This document shows, piece after piece, positions 17,133 through 26,586 of a stretch of 64,000 nt of DNA. This DNA comes from Patescibacteria group bacterium. GTDB lineage: Bacteria; Patescibacteriota; Microgenomatia; CAYGWK01. The DNA is taken from the NCBI GenBank assembly GCA_049322615.1, contig JBMORX010000005.1:395-64394 (forward strand). The letters are read 5' to 3'. Position 1 is the stretch's first letter, and every line of letters starts with the position of its first letter. The position numbers were made by a program, and so were the translations under genes. Under the pieces are notes generated by a model. It was not told where the DNA came from, did not search any database, and saw only the letters and a program-made list of their open reading frames with translations.

Positions 17133-18192
17133 AATCAAGTGCTCATCAGGTATTAAATCAGGTGCCCATCGTCTTGTTTTAATCGATGGCAATGCCATTT
17201 TGCACCGCGCCTATCATGCCCTTCCGCCCTTAACTATCCGTTCTGGAGAATTGGTTAATGCTGTTTACGGATTTACGACCATGCTTCTTAAGGTAATTTC
17301 CGATCTAAAGCCAAAATATTTGGCGGTGGCTTTTGATACCCCAAAACCTACTTTTAGGCAGATAGAATATGTTGGTTATCAAGCCCAAAGACCGGAGATG
17401 GAGGCAGAACTTTCTTCGCAAATTAGTCGAGTTTATGAGATTCTTAAGAGTATGGGAATTCCCATTTTTGAGAAAGAGGGATTTGAGGCAGATGATGTTA
17501 TTGGGACAATCGCTCGCCAAGCGAGCGAAGAGACTAAGATATTAAGAGATAAAGATATTAAGAGAAGAAAAAGAAAAGCACCTAGTATCTTAGTATCTAA
17601 ATATCCTAATATCGAAGTCATTATCGTTACTGGTGACCGGGATATGATGCAATTGGTGGGACCAAAAATTATGGTTTATGCCCCAATTAGAGGACTATCC
17701 GAAGCCCAGTTTTTTGACGAAGAAAAAGTAGAAGAAAAAATTGGAGTTAAACCTTGGCAGATTTCAGATTTTAAAGGGTTAACTGGCGATGCCTCGGATA
17801 ATTATCCAGGAGTGCCGGGAATTGGGCCAAAAACCGCGGTTTTGCTTTTAAAAAGATTTGGGACTTTGGAGAAACTTTATAAAAATCTTTCGGAGGTTGG
17901 AAGATATTTTAATCCAAGTGTCGTTGGCAAACTTTCTCAAGGAGAAGAACTGGCGAGAATTTCTAAAAAATTGGCAACGATAGTCACCGATGTTCCTTTA
18001 AAGGTTGATTTAGAAAAATGTAAGTTTGAATTTAGTGATGAAGAAAGGCAACAAACAATTAAAAAATTAGAAGAGTTAAGATTTAAAAGCCTGGTGGAGA
18101 GGTTAAAGAAGCCGGCAACACCCGCCTTCGCCAAGGCTACGGCGGGCAGGCAGAGGGCACAGAGGGGCGGGGGACAGTTAAAGCTGGTCTAG
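17122..18192 (+). CDS. Stand-alone 5'-3' exonuclease (PolA N-terminal domain)
   Basis: LIDGNAILHRAYHA, FEADDVIGT, TGDRD, GDASDNYPGVPGIGPKTA; no polymerase domain. Confidence 0.9.
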   Translation: MGGKIKCSSGIKSGAHRLVLIDGNAILHRAYHALPPLTIRSGELVNAVYGFTTMLLKVISDLKPKYLAVAFDTPKPTFRQIEYVGYQAQRPEMEAELSSQISRVYEILKSMGIPIFEKEGFEADDVIGTIARQASEETKILRDKDIKRRKRKAPSILVSKYPNIEVIIVTGDRDMMQLVGPKIMVYAPIRGLSEAQFFDEEKVEEKIGVKPWQISDFKGLTGDASDNYPGVPGIGPKTAVLLLKRFGTLEKLYKNLSEVGRYFNPSVVGKLSQGEELARISKKLATIVTDVPLKVDLEKCKFEFSDEERQQTIKKLEELRFKSLVERLKKPATPAFAKATAGRQRAQRGGGQLKLV

Positions 18193-18194
18193 CC

Positions 18195-18280
18195 ATAAAA
18201 AGTGGGCCCCCTTGCGGGGGCCCATGGTGGTCTCGCCTTTCGGCGAGACCTTAAATGCTTGAGTCTTTCGACTCAAGCAA
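18195..18280 (-). ncRNA. Candidate ~85-nt sRNA with three GNRA-capped hairpins
   Basis: Minus-strand TTGACA-17-TATACT with TG extension, three perfect stems, then a T-run. Confidence 0.65.
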
Positions 18281-18337
18281 AGGAAAGTATAGCATATAAA
18301 AAAGTGTTTGTCAAGCCCCAGACGCAAAAACGCAAAA

Positions 18338-19429
18338 ATGAAAGTTGCTTTAGTCCATGATTATCTTAAAGAATACGGTGGAGCCGAGCGGGTGTTGGAG
18401 GCTCTGACGGAAATTTATCCCGAGGCACCGATTTATACTGCTTTTATGGTCAAAAATTCTGCCGCAGGTAAAGCCTTTGCTGGAAAAAAAATCATCACTT
18501 CTTGGGCAAACTGGTTTTTGCCTTTCAAAAATCTTTATAGTCCTTTAAGGTTTTTAATCCCTTTAATTTGGGAAAGTTTTGATTTTCGAGAATTTGATAT
18601 CGTTATCTCTTCTGCCTCGTGGTATATTACTAAAAGTATTCTCACTTCTCCAGAGACCCTGCATATTTGTTATTGCCATACTCCGCCTCGCTGGCTTTAT
18701 GGATACCAGACCGCAGTTGAGTGGAAAAGATTTTTGCCAATTCGAGTTTATGGTGAGATTTTGGCTTTTTTCTTGCGGAAATATGATTTTCTGGCGGCCC
18801 AGCGGGTTGATGAATTTATTGCAAATTCAAAAAATACCAGGCAGAGAATTAAAAAGTTTTATCGTCGAGACTCAACGGTGATTTATCCGCCGGTTTCTTT
18901 CGGAGGTTCGACCTCTTTGGAGGTCGAACCTCTTAAGGAGCGTTATTTTCTCTGTGTTTCTCGCCTTTCAGGTGCCAAAAATATTGATTTAGCAATTTCT
19001 GCCTGCAGCAAACTTGGGGAGAATTTGTGGATTGTGGGCTCTGGGCAAGAAGAGCAGAAATTGCGTTCTCTTGCTGGACCGACGATTAGGTTTTTAGGGC
19101 AAGTAAGTGATAGTAAGTTGTGGGATATTTATAGAGGTTGCCAGGCTTTAATTGCGACGGCTCAGGATGAAGATTTTGGTATCACCCCGGTTGAAGCGAT
19201 GGCTTCGGGCAGACCGGTGATTGCTTTTCGGGGTGGAGGATATTTAGAATCAGTCATAGAGGGAAAAACCGGAGTTTTCTTTAATGAGCCGACGGTTGAG
19301 TCGTTGACTGAAGCGATCAAGCAATTAAGCAATTTAGCTATTAAGCCCGAAGACTGCCGAAACCAAGCAAAAAAGTTTTCTAAAGAAAGATTTAAGCGCG
19401 AGATTCGGGAGTTTGTAGAAAACAAATGA
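18338..19429 (+). CDS. Glycosyltransferase family 4
   Basis: MKVALVHDYL..GGAERVL, EDFGITPVEAMASG. Confidence 0.93.
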   Translation: MKVALVHDYLKEYGGAERVLEALTEIYPEAPIYTAFMVKNSAAGKAFAGKKIITSWANWFLPFKNLYSPLRFLIPLIWESFDFREFDIVISSASWYITKSILTSPETLHICYCHTPPRWLYGYQTAVEWKRFLPIRVYGEILAFFLRKYDFLAAQRVDEFIANSKNTRQRIKKFYRRDSTVIYPPVSFGGSTSLEVEPLKERYFLCVSRLSGAKNIDLAISACSKLGENLWIVGSGQEEQKLRSLAGPTIRFLGQVSDSKLWDIYRGCQALIATAQDEDFGITPVEAMASGRPVIAFRGGGYLESVIEGKTGVFFNEPTVESLTEAIKQLSNLAIKPEDCRNQAKKFSKERFKREIREFVENK

Positions 19430-19453
19430 CATGAATATAAAACGAATGGGAGA

Positions 19454-19540
19454 CCTGCAACACAGAGAGCACAGAAACTAAGATAAAAGCACAGAATCTC
19501 TGCGCCTTCTACTGTCGCTCTGTGCATTTAGTGTTGCAGG
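19454..19540. repeat. GCACAGA-family hairpin upstream of GxxExxY gene
   Basis: CCTGCAACAC...GTGTTGCAGG termini; homologous to the in-frame insert in mutM. Confidence 0.75.
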
Positions 19541-19553
19541 GGAAATATTCGAA

Positions 19554-19925
19554 ATGCAGGATAACCTAGATAACAAATTAAGTGGGCAAATTATTGGGTC
19601 GGCTATAAAGGTACATAAGGCATTAGGCTCGGGAATGGTCGAGAAAATCTACCAGCGAGCCCTATATCTTGAACTAAAAAAGAGCGGCCTAAAATTTGAG
19701 CGAGAAAAGAGAATCGCGATTAAATATAATAATGTAATAGTTGGTTATCAAATAGTAGATTTTGTAGTTGAGGGAAAGGTTTTAATTGAGGTAAAAGCGG
19801 TTAGCGGTTTAGATGAGGTTCAAATTGGCCAGGTAGTCACATATTTGCATGCTACCAAAATACCGTTGGGTTTAATCTTAAATTTCGGCAAAAGCAAGTT
19901 GGAGATTAAAAGGGTCAAGATATAA
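19554..19925 (+). CDS. GxxExxY protein
   Basis: GSGMVEKIY, DFVVE..IEVKA, GLILNFG. Confidence 0.92.
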   Translation: MQDNLDNKLSGQIIGSAIKVHKALGSGMVEKIYQRALYLELKKSGLKFEREKRIAIKYNNVIVGYQIVDFVVEGKVLIEVKAVSGLDEVQIGQVVTYLHATKIPLGLILNFGKSKLEIKRVKI

Positions 19926-19943
19926 TCAGAAAGAGGCACATAA

Positions 19944-20159
19944 ATGAATGAAGAAAGGAAAAATGGTATTTATTGTGGAGGGACAATGGGGGGTAGGCTT
20001 CCACCTCTGAAGAATGGAACTCCTTGGTATGGAGATGAAAGTAGTGGTGTGTGGGGCGAGAAGCCAGACTCTGAAGTAACCGACCTGCCAGCCGAGGATT
20101 CAATACCAATGGGGGAAGATCTGAGTAAGAAAAAGGAGAAAAATGCCAGAGTTGCCTGA
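19944..20159 (+). CDS. Short hypothetical protein
   Basis: 71-aa ORF filling the gap; no motif. Confidence 0.35.
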   Translation: MNEERKNGIYCGGTMGGRLPPLKNGTPWYGDESSGVWGEKPDSEVTDLPAEDSIPMGEDLSKKKEKNARVA

Positions 20160-21120
20160 AGTAGAAACAATTAAGCGCAGTTTGCAAAAATCGATTGTTG
20201 GGAAGAAAATTACCGGGGTTCAGGTTTTGTTGGTTAAACAGTTTCAGGGCAAAAAAGAGGAGGTGATTGGTAGAGAAATTTTAGGGATAGAGAGAAGGGG
20301 CAAGGTGTTAATTGTTGCGTTGGGAAAGAAACCGGATAAGGAGCCTGCAACACAGAGAGCACAGAAAACCTCCGTGCCTTCTACTAAATTCAGTGCCTTC
20401 GGTGTTGCAGGGAAAATATTCGGGACCGAGGTGGTGGCCGTTCCAGAGGGCACAGAGAAAGTATTGCTTATTCACTTCAAACTCACCGGCCAGTTAGTCT
20501 GGGTGCCGAAAGCAGGGGAGAGAGTAACCCTGGGACATCCAATTCCTTTTGCTGGCACCGAGTTACCAGCCAAAACCACTCATGTGATTTTTGGAATCGA
20601 TGGCGGACGGTTATTCTTTAATGATTTGCGCCAATTTGGCTGGATAAAAGTTATAAGTGACTTAAGTAACTTAAGTGACTTAAGGAGATTGGGACCAGAG
20701 CCTTTTGACAAGGAATTCACGGAAGACTATCTGAAACAAATCTTTTCCAAGTCCGCAAAACCGATAAAACTGGTTTTAATGGACCAGGAAAAAATTGCCG
20801 GAATAGGGAATATTTACGCTAATGATAGTCTGTGGGAGGCAGGAATAAGGCCGGATAAGCCGGCCAAGCAATTGAGCGATTTAGCCATTGAGCAATTAAG
20901 AAAAGCGATAATTAGGGTTTTAGAGGATGGGTTAAAATACGGAGGGTCTTCGGCGGCAGACGAAGCATATATTCGACCGGATGCCACTCCAGGTTTATAC
21001 CAAGAACACTTCCGAGTCTATCAGCGGGATGATCAACCCTGCCTTCGGTGTGGAACTAGAATACAGAGAGTAGAGCTAGGTGGAAGAGGCACATTTTATT
21101 GCCCCAAGTGTCAAAGGTAA
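20143..21120 (+). CDS. mutM: Formamidopyrimidine-DNA glycosylase with ~40-aa repeat-derived insert
   Basis: MPELPEVE, RRGK, DLRQFG, GIGNIYA, C-terminal zinc finger. Confidence 0.95.
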   Translation: MPELPEVETIKRSLQKSIVGKKITGVQVLLVKQFQGKKEEVIGREILGIERRGKVLIVALGKKPDKEPATQRAQKTSVPSTKFSAFGVAGKIFGTEVVAVPEGTEKVLLIHFKLTGQLVWVPKAGERVTLGHPIPFAGTELPAKTTHVIFGIDGGRLFFNDLRQFGWIKVISDLSNLSDLRRLGPEPFDKEFTEDYLKQIFSKSAKPIKLVLMDQEKIAGIGNIYANDSLWEAGIRPDKPAKQLSDLAIEQLRKAIIRVLEDGLKYGGSSAADEAYIRPDATPGLYQEHFRVYQRDDQPCLRCGTRIQRVELGGRGTFYCPKCQR

Positions 21121-21123
21121 GAG

Positions 21124-21221
21124 TAAAAATCAAAAATGAAAAATCAAATATTCATAGCAAAATTTAAATATTTTTATTTTTAATTTGTATTTTTGATATT
21201 TGCTTTTTGATATTTAATATT
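21124..21221. repeat. Empty inverted heptamer array
   Basis: AAAATCA/AAAATGA units followed by TTTTGAT/TTTGCT units. Confidence 0.6.
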
Positions 21222-21228
21222 AAGACTG

Positions 21229-22293
21229 ATGCTTCTTAAGCAACTGAGACTTTCTGATTTTCGAAACTATTCTCAAAAAGAATTTAGTTTTTCGGAGGGG
21301 ACAACTTTAATCGTTGGTCCCAACACTTCGGGGAAGACCAATCTTTTAGAAGGAATTTATTTACTAGCCACTGGTAAATCTTTTCGGGCCGGACTGGAAA
21401 GTGAAATGATTGCCTATGACCAAGATTTATCAAGAGTTAAAGGTAGGATTTTAAACAAAGGAAGGACTGATTTGGAAATAATTTTAACCAGAGGCGAGGT
21501 TTTGGGCGAGAAGGTGGCTAAGAAAAAATACCAGGTTAATGGGATTTCCAAGCGAGCGGTGGATTTTGTGGGAAAATTGCGAGCCGTCTATTTTGGGCCA
21601 GAAGATTTGGATTTGGTCACTAACTCGCCATCGCTTCGCCGAAAATATCTGGATTCGGTTTTATCCCAGGTGGACAGAGAATATAGTCGCTCGGCTCTTT
21701 CTTATGAGAAAGGATTACGCCAGAGAAACAGGCTTCTGGAGCGGATAAGAGATGAAGGTGCTTCTCGCTCTCAACTTTTATTTTGGAACCAACTTTTGAT
21801 TAAAAACGGAGAATATATTACCAGGAAAAGGGAGGAGTTTATTGAGTTTATCAACAGCGTTCAGTATTCAGTGTTCAGCTTTAAGCTGGAATATGACAAA
21901 AGCATCATATCTCCGGCTCGACTTGAGGATTATGCTGAAGAAGAGGTGGCGGCGGGGGTAACTTTAGTCGGTCCTCATCGGGACGATTTTACCTTCACAC
22001 ACCCGGTGTGTGATAGGTTGACACATCGGGATCTTTCAGCCTATGGCTCAAGGGGAGAACAGAGACTTTCAATTTTATGGTTAAAACTAGCTGAACTTGA
22101 ATTCATAAGCGAAAAAGTTGGTGAGCGACCAATTCTTCTTTTAGATGATATTTTTTCCGAACTTGACAAAAAACACCGCAAACTGGTTTTAGAGATCATT
22201 CCCTCCCAACAAACAATAATTACGACCACCGATTTAGATTTGGTGGAAAAAGAATACCAAAAACAAAAAGAGGTGGTAAAATTAGGTCAATGA
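21229..22293 (+). CDS. recF: DNA replication/repair protein RecF
   Basis: FRNY, GPNTSGKTN, GPHRDD, SRGEQR, LLLDDIFSELD. Confidence 0.95.
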   Translation: MLLKQLRLSDFRNYSQKEFSFSEGTTLIVGPNTSGKTNLLEGIYLLATGKSFRAGLESEMIAYDQDLSRVKGRILNKGRTDLEIILTRGEVLGEKVAKKKYQVNGISKRAVDFVGKLRAVYFGPEDLDLVTNSPSLRRKYLDSVLSQVDREYSRSALSYEKGLRQRNRLLERIRDEGASRSQLLFWNQLLIKNGEYITRKREEFIEFINSVQYSVFSFKLEYDKSIISPARLEDYAEEEVAAGVTLVGPHRDDFTFTHPVCDRLTHRDLSAYGSRGEQRLSILWLKLAELEFISEKVGERPILLLDDIFSELDKKHRKLVLEIIPSQQTIITTTDLDLVEKEYQKQKEVVKLGQ

Positions 22294-23126
22294 GAGAATT
22301 TAAAGAAGAAGAAGTTAAAAAACTTTCCAAGCCCCATGAGAATTCTTCTAAAGAGGATAACGGTCAGGTGACAATCATTGGCGGCTCAAGCCTTTTTCAT
22401 GGAGCGCCGATTTTGGCTTTAAAAACTGCTTCAAGAGTGGTGGATATGGTTTTTTTCGCCTCACCTGAAGCATCGGTTGGCAAGGTGGCAGAAAGAATAA
22501 AAAGCAAACTTTCTTCTTTTATTTGGGTTCCTTGGGATCACCTTGCGGAATACTTAGAGAAATCAGATGCCATCCTTATTGGTCCAGGCTTTATGCGTTA
22601 CCACAAAGACACAAACAATCGCTGTGATCTAGCTTGTCGGGAGACACGATCCATCACCGAAAAATTTTTAAAAGTCTGGCCCAAGAAGCAATGGGTGATT
22701 GATGCGGGTTCTTTGCAAACGATAGATCCTCTCCGGATTCCCCAAAATGCCATTTTAACTCCTAATCGTAAAGAATTTGCCCGTCTTTTTGGTTTGAGAA
22801 TGAATCAGGAAAACTTAAGAGTTATGGCCCAAAAATATCATTGTCTTATTGTGGGAAAGGGCGTGGAAACAATTGTTGCTTCCTCCCGCGAGTCAGTTTT
22901 GGTGAAAGGGGGAAATGCTGGGTTGACCAAAGGGGGGACGGGTGATGTTTTGGCCGGGTTAACGGTGGCTTTGGCTGCCAAAAATCCGCCATTTTTGGCT
23001 GCTTGTGCTTCTTCCTGGATTGTTAAAAAAGCGGCTGATGAATTATATAATAAGGTAGGTTTTGCCTATAATGCCGACGATTTAGCCGAAAAAGTACCCG
23101 AAGTTTTGAAGAAATATTTTTGTTAG
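22290..23126 (+). CDS. nnrD: ADP-dependent NAD(P)H-hydrate dehydratase
   Basis: IIGGS, IGPG, VIDAG, LTPN, GGTGDVLAG. Confidence 0.88.
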   Translation: MREFKEEEVKKLSKPHENSSKEDNGQVTIIGGSSLFHGAPILALKTASRVVDMVFFASPEASVGKVAERIKSKLSSFIWVPWDHLAEYLEKSDAILIGPGFMRYHKDTNNRCDLACRETRSITEKFLKVWPKKQWVIDAGSLQTIDPLRIPQNAILTPNRKEFARLFGLRMNQENLRVMAQKYHCLIVGKGVETIVASSRESVLVKGGNAGLTKGGTGDVLAGLTVALAAKNPPFLAACASSWIVKKAADELYNKVGFAYNADDLAEKVPEVLKKYFC

Positions 23127-23173
23127 TTCCCCAGGTGTGAGTAGGAAAACACCCCTGGGGTGTAAACCTAAAC

Positions 23174-23665
23174 ATGGGTGATTTAACCGAGCAAAAACTT
23201 GAACAGGGTGCAATCTTGCAAGATGAGCACGACAAGCCGGATATTTTTGCAAGACTCCCGAAAATAAAATTCAATTTTGATGAGGAAGGCAGATTTACGG
23301 GTTACGACACCCCGGGTAAAAATCCTCAAAGGGGACTTACATCTTCAAATTTAGGACCAGTTTTGTGGAATAGTGAGCCCCACAGGAAAGCCTTTCAAGC
23401 ATACGATGCCGTTATGAGGTGCCCGAAAGTCTACGCTGCTACTCATGGGTTTGGGTACTGGAGTGATAAAGATGCTCCAAATGAGTTTGCTCCAATCCAA
23501 GAACGAGCCAGGGCGACAGTAGGAGGGGAGATCACCAAAGAGTGCGAGAGGTTTGTTCAAGATATAATTGACTGGACAAACTCTCACCCTAAGCTTTTTG
23601 AAGATTATTTACGAGAAGTGGAAGAAGAGGGTGAATTTGTAATTGTAAAGGTCAAGAAGATTTGA
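23174..23665 (+). CDS. Hypothetical protein flanked by CACCC..GGTG palindromes
   Basis: 163-aa ORF; no motif. Confidence 0.6.
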   Translation: MGDLTEQKLEQGAILQDEHDKPDIFARLPKIKFNFDEEGRFTGYDTPGKNPQRGLTSSNLGPVLWNSEPHRKAFQAYDAVMRCPKVYAATHGFGYWSDKDAPNEFAPIQERARATVGGEITKECERFVQDIIDWTNSHPKLFEDYLREVEEEGEFVIVKVKKI

Positions 23666-23816
23666 GTATCGAGATATCACGCACCCGGTGTGTGAATGTA
23701 TATACATAGGAGAATATTTAAGATGAAGTTTGCTGAAATACCCGAGGTGTCAAGCCATCACACACCTGGTGTGTGCAAAGTGCGCAAACTAGTGTACAAT
23801 CTAGTATGAAGATTAC

Positions 23817-24368
23817 ATGAAGATTGTTGGAATTTGTGGTAGCCCGAGAAAAAATAGCAACTCCACCAGAATGGTGGAAGAGGTTCTTAGAGGCGCAAAA
23901 GACACGGGGGCTCAAATAGAGATTATTAAGCTTGGAGATTTAAAAATTGAATTTTGTGATGGATGTTTGAGTTGTGATCAGACTGGGAAGTGCCATTTTA
24001 ATGATGGGATGAATGAGATTTGCGAGAGAATGGCGAGAGCGGACGGATTTGTCTTCGGCTCACCGACGAGATTCGATAATGTCTCGGGAATGATGAAAAA
24101 CTTTATGGACAGAACCAATCCACTCTGCAAAGACGCTCGCCTAAAAGGGAAAACAACGGGATTGGTAACAGTGGGGTATTGGGAAGAAAATGTTTCTAGA
24201 GAAAGAGCAATTAACTGCTTTAAAAATTTCTGTGAAGCCCATGAGATGGAAGTTATTGGAGATTTGGAGGCGTATGAGAAGAGTGGTAGGCCAGGAGAAA
24301 TTGCCAAAAAGAAAGACGTCCTAGAAGAATGCTATAAACTAGGACAGAGGTTGGCAGGAGTTGTTTGA
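23817..24368 (+). CDS. Iron-sulfur flavoprotein / flavodoxin family
   Basis: GSPRKNSNS, CDGCLSC..GKC, GSPT, KNFMDR. Confidence 0.9.
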   Translation: MKIVGICGSPRKNSNSTRMVEEVLRGAKDTGAQIEIIKLGDLKIEFCDGCLSCDQTGKCHFNDGMNEICERMARADGFVFGSPTRFDNVSGMMKNFMDRTNPLCKDARLKGKTTGLVTVGYWEENVSRERAINCFKNFCEAHEMEVIGDLEAYEKSGRPGEIAKKKDVLEECYKLGQRLAGVV

Positions 24369-24475
24369 GTTCACTTCATTACTACACCGTAATGAAGTTT
24401 TGGTACCATTTATGCTGGAGCATTATTTGTACCATTTATTTTTTCCGTAGATGCAGAAGCAGAATTGGTAAGTTT

Positions 24476-24898
24476 TTAACTCTTTCTGTTTTTCCAATCG
24501 ATGCCAAAACTCCATTTATATCGCTCAAAGGTAATTTTTGCTTTATCAAAAAATATGTCTTGACCAAGAATGCAAGGGTATTCTTGAGTTAAAGATCCGC
24601 CGAAATAAACAGGAAGGATTAAATCTCGACCAGCAATTTCTATGGTGATTTCTTTAGGAAAACAATCCATTTTGCTTTGATTAAATCCCGTAATGGAAAC
24701 AGGTTTAATCTTCTTAAAATTAATTCCCAGATAAAGCGCTATTTTAAATGTAGCAAAAGAATAGTCGGCGCCTGAATCAATTAGAGTCAGAATTGGATAT
24801 GTCTCTTTAGATTTGTATTTATACCGCACTGGAACTAACGGACGTGGAGTAGCGGAAGGGTCTCCGGGCAAAACAAAATAGGGAAACTCCATTTTCAA
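24476..24898 (-). CDS. Retropepsin-like aspartyl protease
   Basis: LIDSGAD and ILGQD motifs. Confidence 0.8.
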   Translation of the reverse strand: MKMEFPYFVLPGDPSATPRPLVPVRYKYKSKETYPILTLIDSGADYSFATFKIALYLGINFKKIKPVSITGFNQSKMDCFPKEITIEIAGRDLILPVYFGGSLTQEYPCILGQDIFFDKAKITFERYKWSFGIDWKNRKS

Positions 24899-25107
24899 GT
24901 AATAAAACCGCGATAATTTTGTGCAGCAGAAATAAGAACTATTTCCGGGCTACCTAGTCTTTTTAATTTTAGATCAATTTCTTTTAAAGACTTTCCCCAG
25001 GTTACCACTCTCTTGTAATCTACAGAGAGAGCCACCCACCCAGAGGAATAATCTTTTAATAGCTTAACAAGAGAAACTGGTTTTTCCATCTGGAGAGATT
25101 TTAGCAT
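24895..25107 (-). CDS. Small DUF5678-like partner protein
   Basis: YSSGWVAL...VVTWGKSL; overlaps the protease start. Confidence 0.6.
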   Translation of the reverse strand: MLKSLQMEKPVSLVKLLKDYSSGWVALSVDYKRVVTWGKSLKEIDLKLKRLGSPEIVLISAAQNYRGFIT

Positions 25108-25176
25108 ATTAAAAGGGGCAGTGCAATTCCTAATTTTCTTCTTCTTGTTATTTTCCGCAGAATTTGCGATAATTAA

Positions 25177-25256
25177 ATAAGTAATTAGTAAATAGTAATT
25201 TGTAATTTGGACTAGACGTTTTTCTCCTAATTACTAATTACCAATTACGAATTACT
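25177..25256. repeat. Empty inverted heptamer array (TAATTAG / CTAATTA)
   Basis: AGTAATT units, then CTAATTA/CCAATTA/CGAATTA units. Confidence 0.7.
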
Positions 25257-25262
25257 AGATTA

Positions 25263-25398
25263 ATGTACGTTCCTGAATTTACAATCACTAACGAAATCTT
25301 GAAAAACATTGGCATTATTGAAGCCTGTCGGCCCAGCCAAATTTTACCTCTCGCCTTAGTAGATTTCTACTGCGGCTCGAGGAGCAATTTTAGGCGGG
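25263..25398 (+). repeat. False start of fic gene plus E-family hairpin (25332-25398)
   Basis: MYVPEFTITNEILKNIGIIEA vs real MYQPKFTITNDILKNIGIVEA. Confidence 0.85.
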
Positions 25399-25413
25399 TT
25401 TGGCAGTAAAATC

Positions 25414-26547
25414 GTGTATCAACCAAAATTTACAATTACCAACGATATTCTTAAGAATATAGGCATCGTGGAAGCTGCCAAAGAAGTGATTGATAACGCT
25501 CCTTTGGTCCCGGCTTGGGAGAAGAAGTTTCGCGAAGAGGCGATGGTGCGGACGGTTCACTACGGCACTCATCTTGAGGGAAATGAGCTTTCTTTTTCTG
25601 AAGCAGAAAAAGTTTTGGAAGGACAAAAAATTGTTGCCAAAGACAGAGATATTCAAGAAGTTATAAATTATCGTAAGGTGATTAAGTATCTAGATGAATT
25701 GGTTCCGAATGAAGAACCTGCAACACCCGCCTCCGCCAAGGCTACGGCGGGCAGGCAGAAAGCACAGAAGGAAGCAGAGAGCATAGAGAAACCATATACT
25801 GAAGCGATGCTTAAAAAAATCCACTTTTTAACTTGTTATCGGATTATTCCCAAAGACCAGGCAGGTAAATTCCGCCAAACCCAGGTGGTTTTAAGAAATT
25901 CTCAAACTGGAGAAGTTGCTTTCAAACCACCACCTTCCGCTCAAGTTCCTGCTCTTGTTTCCGATTTCCTAGGCTGGTTGAATTCGGAAAGTGGAAAAAG
26001 CATTCATCCAGTGATGCGGGCGGGGATTACTCATTACGCTTTGGCGGCAATTCATCCTTTTGTTGAGGGAAATGGTCGGACCGCCCGGGCTTTTGCCACC
26101 TTGATTTTGTTCTCCGAAGGCTACGACATTAAAAAATTTTTCTCTTTAGAGGAATATTTTGACAAAGATGCTCCTTCTTATTATTCTGCCCTGATGCAAG
26201 TTTCAAACCAGAGCGAAAATCTTTCTCAAAGAGACCTAACGCCCTGGATTGAATATTTCGCCAAAGCCCTTGCCTTAGAGTTGACAAGAATAAAAGAGAG
26301 AGTGAGAAAACTTTCTTTAGACTTAAAAATTAAGGGAAGGCTGGGGCGGCAGATTGCTTTATCAGAACGACAAATGAAACTAGTTGAATACCTGGAGGAA
26401 TATAAAGAAATTACCGTTCCCCAGGCTCGCCAGATTCTTCAAATGGTTTCCGATGATACCATCCTTCGCGACTTGAAAGACCTGGTTAAAAAGAAGATAA
26501 TCAAAAAAGAGGGGAAAACTAAGGCAGCAAAATACGTTATGAAATAG
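25414..26547 (+). CDS. Fic-domain protein with C-terminal wHTH
   Basis: HPFVEGNGRTAR motif. Confidence 0.93.
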   Translation: MYQPKFTITNDILKNIGIVEAAKEVIDNAPLVPAWEKKFREEAMVRTVHYGTHLEGNELSFSEAEKVLEGQKIVAKDRDIQEVINYRKVIKYLDELVPNEEPATPASAKATAGRQKAQKEAESIEKPYTEAMLKKIHFLTCYRIIPKDQAGKFRQTQVVLRNSQTGEVAFKPPPSAQVPALVSDFLGWLNSESGKSIHPVMRAGITHYALAAIHPFVEGNGRTARAFATLILFSEGYDIKKFFSLEEYFDKDAPSYYSALMQVSNQSENLSQRDLTPWIEYFAKALALELTRIKERVRKLSLDLKIKGRLGRQIALSERQMKLVEYLEEYKEITVPQARQILQMVSDDTILRDLKDLVKKKIIKKEGKTKAAKYVMK

Positions 26548-26586
26548 TAAATATTAAATAGCAAATAGCAAAAATACATAGCAAAA

